Below, in pieces: positions 41,595 through 54,589 of a stretch of DNA of 64,000 nucleotides. This DNA comes from Raillietiella orientalis. Lineage: Eukaryota. A program made the translations under genes and the position numbers. The DNA lies in the NCBI GenBank assembly GCA_036172245.1, contig JAYWIR010000044.1:1488001-1552000 (forward strand), given 5' to 3'. A model generated the notes under the pieces. That model worked only from the letters and a program-made list of their open reading frames with translations. It did not search any database and was not told the DNA's origin. How positions within the stretch are numbered: position 1 is the stretch's first letter; every line of letters starts with the position of its first letter.

Positions 41595-44500
41595 ATGAGG
41601 GCAATCGCGTGTTCTCGTCGTGTTGCCGTAACGTCTTGGAACGTCAACGGGCTCCAACACGAGAAGAAGAGGCGACTAGTGGCCTACGCTCTGCTCTCCT
41701 TCGACTTGACGCTCCTGCAGAAAATTCACAACATCTCCGAAGAGCAGGCTGCCGAAATCGAACGGCGCGCGGACGGAACGTTACTTTATAGGTGCGGCGT
41801 TGCACGTACGTGCGGCGTCGCTTTCCTCGTGCTAGGAACTTTGGTGGGAGCGGTGCGCAGCGTTCGCTTCGACACGGAAGGCCGAGTGGGACAGCTTGCA
41901 CTCAAGTGGTCCGACTCGATCGACCTTGTCGTAACCCACGTGTACGCGCCGAGTTGTGCTGGACGATGGGCCGAAAGGATTGAGTTCTTCGGTACCCTTC
42001 AAAGCCAGTGGCTCACTCGATCTCACCCTACTGTGGCCCATCTCATTGCGGGGGACTTGAACGTCCACCTTCTTTCCGAGAATAGATCTTACAAAAGGGA
42101 AACGTTGCTAGCGGAAGAGATATGCGCGTCCGTGCACGCGTGCAGCTTGTTCGCTAGCGACCCTGTTATGGCAGCAACGCCGGACCACGTATACCTTGAT
42201 GAACACTTGCTCTCTTGAGTGGGTCGGAGATATCCCGTGCCGTCCGTGCTTTCAGACCACAACAGGCTCGAGTTCGAGTTGCTCCCGCCAGACAAGGGGA
42301 CTGGCATACCATCACTCCCGTCTTTTCTCTAGGATTCTCGACGTTTGCCTCCTGGCGGAGTATAAAGCTGGGGCTGAGCGACAGACCTGGCAATCTGGGT
42401 CGGCCAGCTTGCTGGACGCCCAAGGCCAGGAATGCTCAGTTCCGGCGAAAATAAACAGCATCCTGCGGGACTATTACTCCTCCTTGTACGCGCGTAGAAC
42501 AACAGAGAACGCCGTGGCGCAGCGCTTGCTGCCGCAAGGCGCCCCCGCGCTGCAGGAGGAGCAGGCACATGAACTCGCGGAGCCTTTCTCGATGGCAGAG
42601 ATCGTCTCCGCCATCGGAAAGCTCCGAAAGAGAAAAGCACCAGGGGAAGACGGTCTGCCCGCGGAGTTCTACCAAGGCTTCGTGGCGGATCTGGCCCCCC
42701 TGGTGCATCGGCTATGCATGCTGATCCGAGAACAAGGGGACCTCCCCAAATCGTTCCGGTCAGCTAGAGTACGTCTCCTGCCGAAAGGAGGAGACAATCG
42801 CAACGTAGGCAACTGGCGTCCCATCACAGTAGTGAATGCGGATGCGAAGTTGCTTGCCACGCTTTGGGCTGAGCGACTGGGACGGGTGGCGGAATCCGTG
42901 GTGAGTCCGGAGCAGACATACGCTGTTCCCGGACGAAGCATGGAGGCCAACCTGTTCCTCGCCAGTACATGGTGGCAGTTGCAACGAAGCGAAGACCAGG
43001 GAGGTCAAGAAAATCCTGAATTCTTCTGTGACCAGGAAGGGGACGCCCTTCATGGAAGAGCCGCGCCCGGTGCCCTTGCGGTCGCAGTCGATCTGCGTAA
43101 AGCGTTCGATTGCGTCGACCAGGAACTGCTTCTGGAGCTCCTGGAACGCTTGGGATTCCCGGCCATCTTCCGGGCTTACCTGCGCTCCTGCTGGCGCTTC
43201 GCTCAAATAAACATCTCTTTTAGCGGCCGGCACGTGTACGGCGTGCCGGTTCGGCGTGGCATAAGGCAGGGTGACAGTCTGAGCCCCATGCTCTTCAGCA
43301 TCTACTTCGAGCTGGTGCTGAGGGCATACAGGGAGACTCTGGCAACCCTGCCAAGCTCGTGTCCCGGCACGCCTGCCGTGTCGACCTACGCCGACGACCT
43401 TCTGCTCCTGCTCCCCGGGTCCACCCCGGCGTCGGCGCTCGAAGATTTCTTTGAGTTGCTGCGCCGCGAGACGGGCCTCGAGGTGAACAGAGAGAAATCC
43501 ACAATCGTTCCTACATCACCAATACTTTCAAACAATACGGCGTGGGCCGGACGGCCGGACTGGATCCGCCTGGGGATCCCAACGGGCAGGTGCTTCAAGT
43601 ACCTTGGCGTTCCGTTGGGGGACTTCTGCGTTGCAGAAGCCTGGTCCGACCGTCTCCAAAAGGTGGAGTTGGCGATTGGCCCGTTGCGGAACGGCAAGTT
43701 TTACTTGCAGGAGCGGGCCGCTGTGTGGAACGCGTTCGCGGCCCCCCTCCTTCGCCCCTTACTTTTTGTTTGCTTCGCCCCTCCCATCATACAGAGACGG
43801 ACCAAAGCCCTCTTGAGGACTGCCCTTTGGGGCACAGCGAGGTCGCGAGTCCGATTGAAAGACTTGTGCGCTCCACGCAGGGATGGTGGCTTGGGCCTCC
43901 TTACGTTGGAGCGCATCCAACTTCAAACAACAATTCGAAAGTTAGCCCTTGCGGCTAGCTTATGGATGACGCCATTGTGCGATCCGGCACGGCTCCTCGC
44001 CAGAAGAGCGACCGGCTGCGAAGGATTGTCCTCGATCCTCGTGTCCTACCAGCGCAGCCTCTCCAAATGTGGTTCCGATTTGCGCCAGATGGTCGCCCTG
44101 ATGAGGGAGAATACCTGGATCTCCTGCATCCCCGCGAACTGCACTGCCTGGCTTCAGGAGTCAGCTTCCGCGTGGGCTAAGATCAACGGAACGAGCGAGG
44201 CGGAATACAACTGCCTACGACGAGGACCGTACGCTCGACAACCGCGGCAGGATATTATCAACAGGCCCCGGAAGTTTCTGTGGGCTTCTTTCAGCCCCCT
44301 TGCTCCCGTTCTGTCCTCCCTGAAAAACAGTAGAAGCAGCAACGAGCTGGCATCGTGGGAAGTGTCCTGCCTCATCCGAGGCAGGAAAAAACCTTTAAAG
44401 GCGTGGACGACTCGGGAGCTCACGGACGCTGCCACCCCGAGCGTCCCGCCTCACGGACTTGCGCGCGGGGGAGAGCTGCTCGCAATACCTCCGGAGGAGG

Positions 44501-44961
44501 TGAAGTGGCCCCCAGCGTGTTGGGATTGCGGCACACTTCCGTTGAAGTGGCAGGAGTCGGCGTTGCTATTTCTGCACTGGGGACTGTTAAGCAGAGCACG
44601 CCTGTCTCACTGGACACTGGGAAATGTGGATGCCCGCTGTGTCGAGTGCGGAGAAAGAGAAACCTTCCCGCATCTCACCCTCGAGTGTGTCGCCCTGGAT
44701 GGACTCTGGAGTCGAATCGCCCCAATCCTCCATCTTCCAGTAGGCGACCCGAAGGAAATTTACCGTCGCCTCTTTCTGCGTGACGGCCTGCGCCCCGCTG
44801 CGTCTCTAGCAGTCCTCTGCTGCGTGCGCGGCATTGTGCAAAGGTGGCACGCCAGAAGAAGAGGCCCAAGATGCAGGGACGCCATCCACTGGACGACGAT
44901 CTCTTTAGAGACGGCGACAAGGTGGCGTCTACCTTTCAGAGTTAAAACAGAACTTGACTGA
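41595..44961 (+). pseudogene. ORF2 (APE endonuclease-RT-CCHC), disrupted near 42216-42300
   Basis: SWNVNGL, AGDLN, KAPGEDGLPAEFY, NWRPITVVN, DLRKAFD, GIRQGDSLSP, YADD, FKYLGV, CVECGERETFPHLTLEC. Stop at 42216, plus a deletion near 42300 relative to sibling copies. Confidence 0.93.
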
Positions 44962-45214
44962 ATCCTGAACAGGATGCGGAGGACCGACCCAGGCGCTCAG
45001 TGATCCCTTCCCTGCCCCCCCCCTCTCCCCATACAACTGTTTCCCTCCCCGTTATCTCTCTTTTTGTTTGTTTTTGTTTTAGTTTTCCCTTCCCATGCGC
45101 CTCGGGAATGGACCTAACCGGTGAATGCACCGGCAACCGATACGTCAACCAAGGTGGGAAAACCAAGTGTTTCCCACAATTAACTTTTGAAAGACTTTAT
45201 TATCTAATTTTTTT

Positions 45215-45216
<2 letters not shown>

Positions 45217-45260
<44 letters not shown>

Positions 45261-45287
45261 AGAGAGAGAGAGATAGTAAAAATGCCC

Positions 45288-45360
<73 letters not shown>

Positions 45361-45400
45361 ATGTGTCCGGGTGTGACGGCGCGCTCTCTCTCTCTCTCTC
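45217..45400. repeat. Compound low-complexity tract: (AG)n, (CA)n, ~60-nt A run, (CT)n
   Basis: Directly visible in the sequence. Confidence 0.95.
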
Positions 45401-45407
45401 GGCGCGC

Positions 45408-45645
45408 TCTGTTGTTCTACGCGCGCACAAGGAGGAGTAATAGTCCCGCAGGATGCGGTTTATTTTCGCCGGAACTGAGCATTCCTGGCCTTGGGCGTCC
45501 AGCAAGCTGGCCGACCCAGATTGCAAGGTCTGTCGCTCAGCCCCAGCTTTATACTCCGCCAGCAGGCAAACGTCGAGAATCCTAGAGAAAAGACGGGAGT
45601 GATGGTATGCCAAGTCCTTCCTCAGCTCTTCGCCGAAAGCCGGTG
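45408..45645 (-). mobile_element. Inverted fragment of the 33956-45200 subfamily (EN-RT linker)
   Basis: Near-identical reverse complement of ~42300-42507, but it keeps TGFGEELRKD, which is deleted in that copy. Confidence 0.88.
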
Positions 45646-48378
45646 TGGGTGGACGTGTTTTTTGGTCGCTCCGCCAGCGCTTGTCTGGGAAGCAGCCGGA
45701 GTTTTCAGTGTAGTCAGGTGTAAAGTGTGGGTCGTCGGTGTCCGATCGCAGCCGTGCCAGAGGACACCGCGATAAATGTAGTTGTAAGGGAGGCAAGTCC
45801 TACCACAAGACCTACAGCTATGGGGGCAATAGTCCCTGGAACGTCTTCGCAGCCGGCGAAAACTTGGAGTGAAATGGTCGCCGCCCCCAGTGCGGAGGCC
45901 ATGGCCTAGGAAGCCGCCTATCGGGCCTCTGAATACGAGCCATCGCTTGTATACAAGGTAAGCCCTTTGTTTGAAGGAAACACGGCGCGCTCTTTTAGCA
46001 GAGCGCTTCAAAATGCTAATGTCCGTGAGGAAGATCTGGAATGTCTGTGCATGCTCAGCGGGGCGCAGCGGGTTGAGCTGGTGTGCAAGAGCATCAGCCC
46101 AGCCGATCGCCTTATAAATACCCCGCTCATCATGGACGGCCGTAAGATCTTCCCGGTGTCAATGGACCACTCGGTAGTGGTCAACTTGACAGGAATATCT
46201 AAGCGCATGACGCGCACTGCCGTAAAACAAGAATTAAGTAAGTACGGGGACGTACACGCGCTGTGGCCGAAGCCCACAATTTTTGAGGGCTACGGGCGCA
46301 ACTTCTGGGGCTTTGCCGCGGCACGTGTAACTCCAAAAGACGATGGGAAGCTTCCCCACAAACTTGAGGTCGCGGGAGAACCGGTAGACCTATGGTATGC
46401 GCGCAAGCCACGGTATTGCGGCTACTGCGATGCGGTCGGACACATCCGAAAGAGGTGCTTAAACATCGTATGCTACTAGTGCGGGGAGAAGGGACACGTC
46501 CGTCGCGGGTGCACTAATCGCCCCACACCAATTTCCTCCGCCGCCAAAAAAGCGCAAGGGAAACGCGCGGGGAAAGAAAAATTGGAAAACCGTGAAACTG
46601 GCCGAGAAAAGCTTCCAATAACCCAAACTCCAAGCGCGGCATCGGAGAAAAATCTTCCCGAAATTGCAGAAGGAGAACAGGGCTGGCAGCTAGTCAAAGC
46701 CAAAAAAGAGAAAAAGGACAAGCATGTCCCGAAGAAAGGAGAGAAGGCGGCGGCGGGAACAAAAGCTCAATCCGTGTCGCGCGTAAAAACTCTCCGAGAA
46801 TGCACGGTTACGCTGGAGCGCACTGACGTTCCCGCCGACACCACCGCAGGCGATACGGCTTCGATCGATTTTCCCGCCGCGACGAATGCGCGCTAAAACC
46901 CACCCTCTGCTTGCGAAGAGCGTCAGCCAGACGACAAAATCGCCGAAACCAAGGACGCAGCCTTCGAGAAGGCCGCCGAGGAGCTTGCGGCAACGCTTGC
47001 CGAACGCGAGAACCCTTCGAGAAAGGGGTTGCGTAGGCCAGCAGCGTCTAAAGTGGCCCCCGCAGGTGAGTCGGACCGGGAAACAGGAAGTGCATTCTCC
47101 TCTGCAGAAGCACCACCAAGGAAAGCGGGGCGAAAATCCCAGAAACCCCGAAGGTGCATTCCGCCTCCGCGCGAGGGGGATGCAATGGTGGAGGAACCAG
47201 TGGATGGCAGCGTGGGAGCCCAAGTCGGGCATCACCCACGTGCGGAAGCCGACGAGGAGGCGACTCCAATGGAGGAGGGTAACCAGGGGTCAGCAATGCC
47301 CTCTGAAACCGCCGAACCTGAACCACCCGCACCAATGGATGTGGGCCAACACGTACGAACAACACCTTTTTCGCACGGGCAGCCGGAGAAGTCGGCACGT
47401 AAGAAGGATGGGGAGTTGGTGGGCAAGACGCCAACCCCGTTTAGCGACCCGCCCCAAAAGGTGGTGGGAGCCCCACCGCCAGGTTCCCAGGAATAACACC
47501 TGGGCTCGCCTGTCGCCGTCGGATCCGCGCGTCCAGTTGGAATGTTAACGGGCTGCGCGACGACGGAAACAGACGAGATACAGCCGCCACCTTGCGAGAT
47601 TTCGACCTAGTGCTTTTGCTGGAGATCCACGTGATCACCGCAAAAGACGCCCAGGAGATCGAAACGATCGCGGGAGGGCGGTTGTACTGGCGATGCGGCG
47701 CCCGCAACACTTGTGGGGTCGCGTTCTTCCTAAAGCCAGCCATTAACGCGGCCGTGAAGGGCGTGCGCTTTGGGGACGACGGACGGATCGGCCAACTGAT
47801 TCTCAGATGGTCCGATTCGATCGACCTCATCGTCACCAATGTGTACGCTCCTAGCGGTAAACAGGGATACCAGCAGCGCAACGCGTTACTGGAAACCTTG
47901 AAGCGCGAATGGCTGGTGGACGCAGACGTGCGAAAGGCGCATCTGATAGTAGGGGATTTCAACTTCCGTCTGCTCTGAGATCAGCCCGGAGCACAGGGGA
48001 ACGCGATCAACGAGTTGTGCGCCGCCATGCGCGCGCGCAACTTGTTGACAGAAATAAGCGGGATGGTCAGCAGCGTGGACCACGTTTTCCTCGACGAAGA
48101 CCTGTGCACACGGGTCGGAAAACGAGGGACACTTGGATCGACGCTGTCGGACCATTCCCAGTTAGTATTCGAGATGCACCCGCGCGAAAAGGGACCTCCA
48201 TCCAGGGATTGGCGTATGCCAGGGGACTGGACGCGCCTGTCAGGAGCGAAAGAACATCTTTGCGAATTCCTGCGAGGCGTCAGCCTCCAGAGTTTCGCGG
48301 ATTGGGACCTATTTAAGGACTCGGTCCGGGAGTTCTGAGAACAGTTCCCTGTGCAACGTCTGCCCCGGGGATTCGGCG
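45646..48378 (+). mobile_element. 5' part of an element: 5' UTR, disrupted ORF1 (to 47496) and endonuclease
   Basis: GGACGTG at 45651; paralog of 28396-30369; SWNVNGL, VGDFN, DHVFLD, LSDH. Confidence 0.92.
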
Positions 48379-51300
48379 TTATGACCCGGGTACGCCCGGG
48401 TCGTTTATTAATAAACTTTACATGCGTGGTACAAGGTCCCAACACGGCCGTAAACACAGGACCTGTCGGGACACCGAGACACAGCCTGGCGTGGCACTCC
48501 CCGACAGCGAAAGGGGATGAGGGGAAAAACAAAAAGAAAAATAAAGAAATAAAAAAACCAAAAGAGTTTGGAGGGCAGAGTAGGGATCACTGGTCGCTGT
48601 GAGGAGGGCCCATCCTTCGAAGAAAGCCCTCGAGGTCTCTCCGCATATCTCCCAGTTGGGGCCATCCGGCAGCTCTTCGCAAGAAGCGTTAAGCATACGG
48701 GATGACATCCGTCGCCTGTGGACCCACTCCTTCGTTATTGGCGTCGCTCCATGCCGCCACGATGCCACGGACGCAGCACAAGGCTGCGATGGCTGCGGCT
48801 GGCTGCAGTGCGTCCTTCACGAAGAGGGTCCGAAGAACGTCTCTGGGAGTGCTGCCCGTAGGGAGCCCGAGGGTCGTCCCGAACCGTTCCCAAAAACGTC
48901 GGAAGGCAGCACAATCCACAATAAGGTGGGGAAGCGACTCCCGCTCCCCGCACCTGGCACACGCAGGATCCACAGCTCCCCTCGTCCAGTGGAAGCGGCG
49001 CGCGTTGCAGGGTATACCCCAGTGCAACAGGAGCAACGGCGACTCTTGCCACTTGAGGGGCAGGATCCTGGATTCATTCATCCCTGGGGGCTACTTCAGC
49101 TCATCCCTGGGGATGGCGAGCAGCTCGCCCCATCTTAATAACCCTCGCGGCTGGACGGACGGGGTCGTGGCGTAGGCCAGATCTCCTATTGTCCAGCCGC
49201 TAATCAACTTCTCGCGTCCCTTGATGCAGCAGGAGACTTGCCACCTTGGCGTCCGGGTGCTGTGAAGTGCCCTCCTTAGGAAGAGCAGCGCCGTAGCTAG
49301 GCAGGTCGTCTCTGCCAACGTGAATCTTCTGGACTCTCCAGAAGATTCTGCAGCGTGCAGTGGGCGTAGGGGCTGCATCGGAGACGATTCCACGACTCGT
49401 GGCTTCTCTGGTTAACTACTGCCCACGTTTCAATATTCTCCTCCAGCCAGGGGGTGAGTTGGCGGGGAAGCAAACCATCCAGCTGTTCTTTTTGGCCAAT
49501 GTTGCCATGCGCCCGAGGAGTAGGCCGCATCCTCGCATCTTCCGGCCACGGCTCAGAAGAAAAGACGCGAGTTCATCGCACCGGCACACACGGCTGGCCA
49601 GGAGGCGGAGCGGAGTGCACCAAAGGGTGCTCCACATCTTCGCTGCGATGGCGAGGGTTCGCCACCGCAGCTGCTTCTATACGCGCTCCAGCGTCAGGAG
49701 GCCAAGACCGCCGTCCCGACGCGGAGCGCACAAGTCCTTCAGTGGGACTCGGGGCCTCCCCTTGCCCCAAAGGGCGATACGGAGGAAGTCCTTCGTCCTT
49801 TTCTTGGATTTCACGGTGGGAGGGCAAACAAAAAGCAAGGGGCGGAGGATGGGGGCCGCAAAGGCGTTCCAAACCGCGGCCCGTTCCGGCAAGTTAAACT
49901 TGCCTTCCAGGAACGGGCCGATCGCCGTCTCGACTTTTTGGAGGCAGCTAGACCACGCTTCCGCAGGGGAGTAGTCCCCCAACGGCACACCAAGGTACTT
50001 GAAGCACCTCGCCGTGGGGATCCCCAGACGGACCCAGTCCTGCTGCCCTGCCCACGCCGCAACTATTGGCACAACCGACGACTTCGACCTGTTAACCTGC
50101 AGTCCGGTCCCGCGGCTGAGCAGATAGCAGAATTCTCCGACCGCCTTTGCCGGGGTGGACATTGGCAACAAAAGCAGAAGATCGTTGGCGTACGCTGCTA
50201 CGGCGAGCGTGCCGGGGCACGAGCTCGGCAAGGGGGCCAAAGTCACCCTCTACGCTCTCAGCACCAACATGAAGTAGGTGCTGAAGAGCAGGGGGCTGAG
50301 GCTATCTCCCTGCCTTATGCCCCGCCACACCGGCACGCCATACACTATTTGACTGCTGAAAGAGACGGTAATCATCGCATTCCGCCAGCAAGAGCGCAGG
50401 TAGGAAATCAGGGAGGGTGGGAAGTCCAAGCGACCCAGGAGCTCCAAGAGGAGTTCCTGGTCTACACAGTCGAACGCCTTGTGGAGATCGACTGCGAGCG
50501 CTAGGGCCCCCTTCCCCGCCCGGGGGTCCCTTCCCAGCCCGGCTGGCGGCCCATATGTGGGGTTGCCGACTTTCCCTATCTTTTTCTTTTCTCTTCTCTG
50601 CAGGTACACCCATGTGCTTGCGAAGAAGAGGTTGGCATCCATACTTCGCCCGGGAACAGCATAAGTCTGCTCCGGGCTAATTACGGATTCTGCCACCTGC
50701 CCCAGACGCGAAGCCCATAGCCCTGCTATCAACATGGCGTCCGTATTCACGATCGTGATAGGACGCCAGTTCTTTAAATCCCTGAGGTCTCCCCCTTTCG
50801 GAAGGAGCCTCACTCTGGCTGACCGAAACGAGGCGGGAACATCGCCTTCGTCTCGGATCAGCCTGATCAACTTAAGCAGCAGGGTGCCAGCTCTTCCGCG
50901 AAGCTCTGAAAGAACTCCGCGGGCAAGCCGTCTTCCCCTGGAGCTTTACGCCTCTTGAGCCTTTTGATACCGGCGAGAATTTAGCCGGTGGTAAAATGCT
51001 CGTCGAGGCTTTCCATCTTCTCCTCCCCTATTGCCAGGGCGCCATCCGGAAGCAAGGGCCGAGAGGCGTTCCGATCCGGGGGCTCCCTGACGTAAAGGGA
51101 GGAATAATAACTCCGCACGAGATGCCGTACCGACGCCGGGGACGAACATTCCCGGCCCTGGTCGTCCAGCAAGCTGGCCGAACCGGATTGCCAGGCTTGG
51201 CGCTCGGTCCGGGCTCGATATTCGGCCAGGCGACGGATATTGGGGGTTCTCTCTTACCGGCGGGCCTGTAAATAGGCCGGATGGTTGCAAGCACCCTCGC

Positions 51301-54300
51301 CGAATCCGGGGGGCAGGCGATCCAGAGGGAACTGCTCACAGAACTCGCGGACCGATTCCTCAAAAAGGTCCCAGTCCTGGAGATTCCGGAGCGTGACGCT
51401 TCTCAGGTATTCGCGAAGGCGTTCCTTCGCACTTGAGAGTCGCGTCCAGTCCTGCGGCAGACGCCAATCCCTGGATGGCGGTCCTTTGTCTCGAGGCCGC
51501 ATCTCGAAAATTAACCGGGAATGGTCCGACAACGTCGACGCAACCCTCCCCCGTTTGCCGACCCGTGAACACAGGTCAGCGTCGAGGAAGACGTGGTCGA
51601 TGCTGCGGACCATTCCCCTCTCACCCGCGAACAAGTTGCACGCACGCATGGCGGCGCACAACTCGTTCATCGCGTTCTCTTGTGTTTCTGGGTCACCAGT
51701 TAGCAGACGGAGATTGAAATTTATTACCCGGTCACGCCGGGGCGTTTATTAATAATAATAAAGTGGTCAGGGACAATGTTCTTAACCAACATAACAACAG
51801 AGAACATAGAAAAATTACCGGCACGCAGGCCTGGTAAACAAACCGCTCGCAGCGTGGGAGGAATGAGGGGAAACAAACCAAAATCAAAAACTGGAGGGAA
51901 GGGTAACGGGTTTTTTGTTAGGCTCCGTACTCACGGGGATTTAAACGATGAGCACCTAATATGTTCCGGAGCCTATGGGAACGCGGGTGTAAAAAGAGAA
52001 TATAAAATTAGTTTATGGAGGGTAGGGCGATGATCACCGTGTTGGCCGCTGCTGAGCGTGTGTAAACCGGCGGTGTATTGCGGCGAGATTCCTCTTTGTC
52101 TCCTCTGTCAAATGAGGCCATCTAGCGGATGCTCCCATGTAGAAGGATGCTTTGCTGATTACCTCTTGGTGCTGTCCGTTGATTACCAACGCCTGGAGGA
52201 CGGAAACTATCGCGCGTATGCAACCGATGGATGCGATCCTTGCGCTTAGTGAGAGCCCGCTCGGCGTGAAGAATCGTCGCAGCAAGTCTCTTGCGGTGTT
52301 CACGGGATGCATTAGTGCTTTTGCCAGCCTACGCCACAGTCCTTGTAGGACACCGCAGTCCAGAAGTAGGTGCGGAATCGACTCCGTCGTTCCGCACCGA
52401 ACGCAGTTCGCAGACGCAAGTCCCCCGGAGTCACGATGTCAACGCTCGCTGCACTGAAAACCCCAGTGAACGAAAAGCAGCACGGCTTGCTTCCAAGCAA
52501 GGGAGAGCAGCGAACTGTCGATACACTGTGGAGGGACTACAAGTTCTTCGGGGGTGACTGCAAGTTCTTCTGCCCACCGGAGGAGTCCCTTTGCAGTAAC
52601 ACGAGGAGTGGCGGCGTCCGCCAACTCACTTGTCTTCCAGGTGCCAAGGAGTTTGGTTTTTCCCGCTATCGTGCAGGAAACCTCCCACCTCGCCGGTTGG
52701 TAACTGTCGTTTCTTGCCCTGAGGGCATACAGCGCTGCGGCAAGAGGCGTGGCAGCCAGGGTAGAAAACTTCACCTCGTCCTGCGGTACTTCTTCCAAGG
52801 ATCGTGGAAAAAATTGGCGCAGGGGGCGAAGATCTTCAGGGCGTATTCCTTGGAACGCCGCCCAACTCGGTTGAAATCTCCCGCTATCAGGTGAGCCTAC
52901 CGCACGTTCGTGTCCGCCAGCCAGTCGCGCTTCAGGGATTCCAGCAGCCTGGTACGGTCGCTGTATCCCTGTTTACCGCTAGGGGCGTACACATTCGTGA
53001 CGATCAGTTCGATCAAGTCGGACCAGCTGAGAATCAGCTGACCGACCCGACCGTCGTCCTCGAAGCGCACGCCCTCCACGGCAGCGTCGATGGCGGGCTT
53101 CACGAAGAACGCGACCCCGCAGGTGTTGCGGAGGCCGCACCGCCAATACAACCGACCCCCCGCGATCGTTTCGATCTCCTGAGCGTCTGCCGCGGTGATC
53201 ACGTGGATCTCCTGCAGCAGGGCCAGGTCGAGCTCACGCTGGGTGTCGGCCGTATCTCGCATGTTACCGTTGTCGCGCACCCCGTTGACGTTCCAACAGG
53301 CGGCGCGAATCCGACGGCGACTGGCGAGCCCAGGTGTTACTCCTGGGAAGATGGCGATGCGGCGTCCGCCACCTGTTGGGGCGGGACGCTAGGTGGAGGA
53401 GGAGGGTCAGGCGCTGCGTGCACCTGGTCCCCCTCCTCCATGGGTAACGGCGCGTCGAGCGCGTCACCCTCAGGTGGGGTCGCGCCTACCTGTTGGCCTC
53501 CTCCATGGGGGCGGGCTGTTCAGGCTCGGCGACTGCAGGGAGGACTTCGCCCCCCTGCTCACCCTCCTCCATGGGGGTGGCCGGCTCGACGGCTTCCGAG
53601 CGTGGGAGTTCCCCCTCCGGGATTCCCACGCTACCGCTAGCTTCCTGCTTCTCCTCCTCGCTGGACGAGGGGAGGCGCCTCCTGGGTTTTTGGGACTTGC
53701 GTCCCGACTTCCTGGGGGGTGCCTCCGAGGAAAAGGATGCACTTCCAGCCCCCAGGTCCGACTCACCTGTGGGGGCCTTTTACGCGGGAGCCGGCCTTCG
53801 CACGGCCTTGCGTGAGGGGTTCTCACGCTCCGCCAGCGTGGCCGCGAGCTCCTCCGCCGCCTTTGCGAACGCGGCGTCCTCGGTGTCGACCATCGCGTCG
53901 CGCGGCTCACCCTCTGTTTGCACAGAGGGTTCGCCGTCGCGAACTTCGGGAGCGACGGAAACGGCGAGGGGAGGCTCTTCGCCCCGGGTGGCCTCTTCCG
54001 GAACGACGATACGTTCCAGTGCCACCGTGCACTCGCGCACGGTTTTCGAACGCGGCCCGGGTTTTTTTGCCTTACCGGCCGGCTTCTCTTTCTTCTCCTA
54101 TAAAGGAGCTTTTCTCTCTTTTCTGGCTGCTACAAGTTGCCAGCCCTCTTCACCTTCCGCCTCTTGGGAAGGTTTATCCTCCGTCTTTTCTTTTGGAGGT
54201 TGAGGATCTTGCAGCTTAAGCCGACCAGCGTCCGCCTTAGGTCTTGTGACCTTTAGTGCGCGTTTCCCCTGCGCCTTTTTCGCGGCAGGAGGAACCGGAG

Positions 54301-54582
54301 TGGGGCGTTTTGGGCACACACGTCGAACGTGGCCCTTCTCCCCGCACATGTGGCATTGGATGTTAGGACACCTCTTGCGAAGGTGTCCTACGGTATCGCA
54401 GTAGCCGCAATACCGGGGCTTTCCCACGTACCAGAGGTCCATGCTCTCTTGCGCGACCTCCAGCTTGTGGGGAAGCCCACAGTCCTTACTTACGGTTACT
54501 CGCGCTGCATCCTGGCCTCCGAAATGGCTATTGAAGCCTTCAAAGATTGTTGGCTTAGGTCACAGCGCGTGCACCTCGCCGA
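48379..54582 (-). mobile_element. Element lacking its 5' ~600 nt, with nested insert 51721-52868
   Basis: Terminal motif at 48379-48409; RT motifs DLHKAFD, GIRQGDSLSP, YAND; endonuclease split at GDFN; ORF1 C-half with CGYCDTVGHLRKRC. Confidence 0.93.
51721..52868 (-). mobile_element. Internally deleted copy of the 56900-62805 element at the homologous site
   Basis: Reverse complement of ~61663-62805 preceded by the 5' bases GAGT; flanked by GATTGAAAT (51712-51720) and GGTTGAAAT (52869-52877). Confidence 0.9.
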
Positions 54583-54589
54583 CTCGCTT

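Larger units (their letters stand above)
34068..41595 (+). pseudogene. ORF1 (RRM-like + 2 CCHC knuckles), split by an insertion and one internal stop at 41305
   Basis: SYAAV, CEQCGKDGHRIKEC, CRYCKDSGHEIKKC. Removing 35313-40938 restores the frame (PTRQ-ERSDLP). Confidence 0.88.
33956..45200 (+). mobile_element. Near full-length element, interrupted by the nested insertion 35313-40926
   Basis: AGACGTG at 33961. ORF1 34068-35312 rejoins in frame at 40939 and runs to 41595; ORF2 41595-44961. The 3' UTR hairpins are present but the terminal AATAAA/hairpin is missing. Confidence 0.93.

Noticed and set aside
40449..41660. 403-aa minus-strand ORF
   Set aside because: It crosses the 40926 insertion boundary: antisense of the host ORF1 fused to the nested element's 5' UTR and ORF1.
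30370..45200. Classical L1 twin-priming 5' inversion as the cause of the head-to-head junctions
   Set aside because: The two sides each carry their own, different endonuclease and RT sequence, so they cannot come from one RNA. The 48379-63148 pair overlaps by kilobases rather than meeting at a breakpoint.
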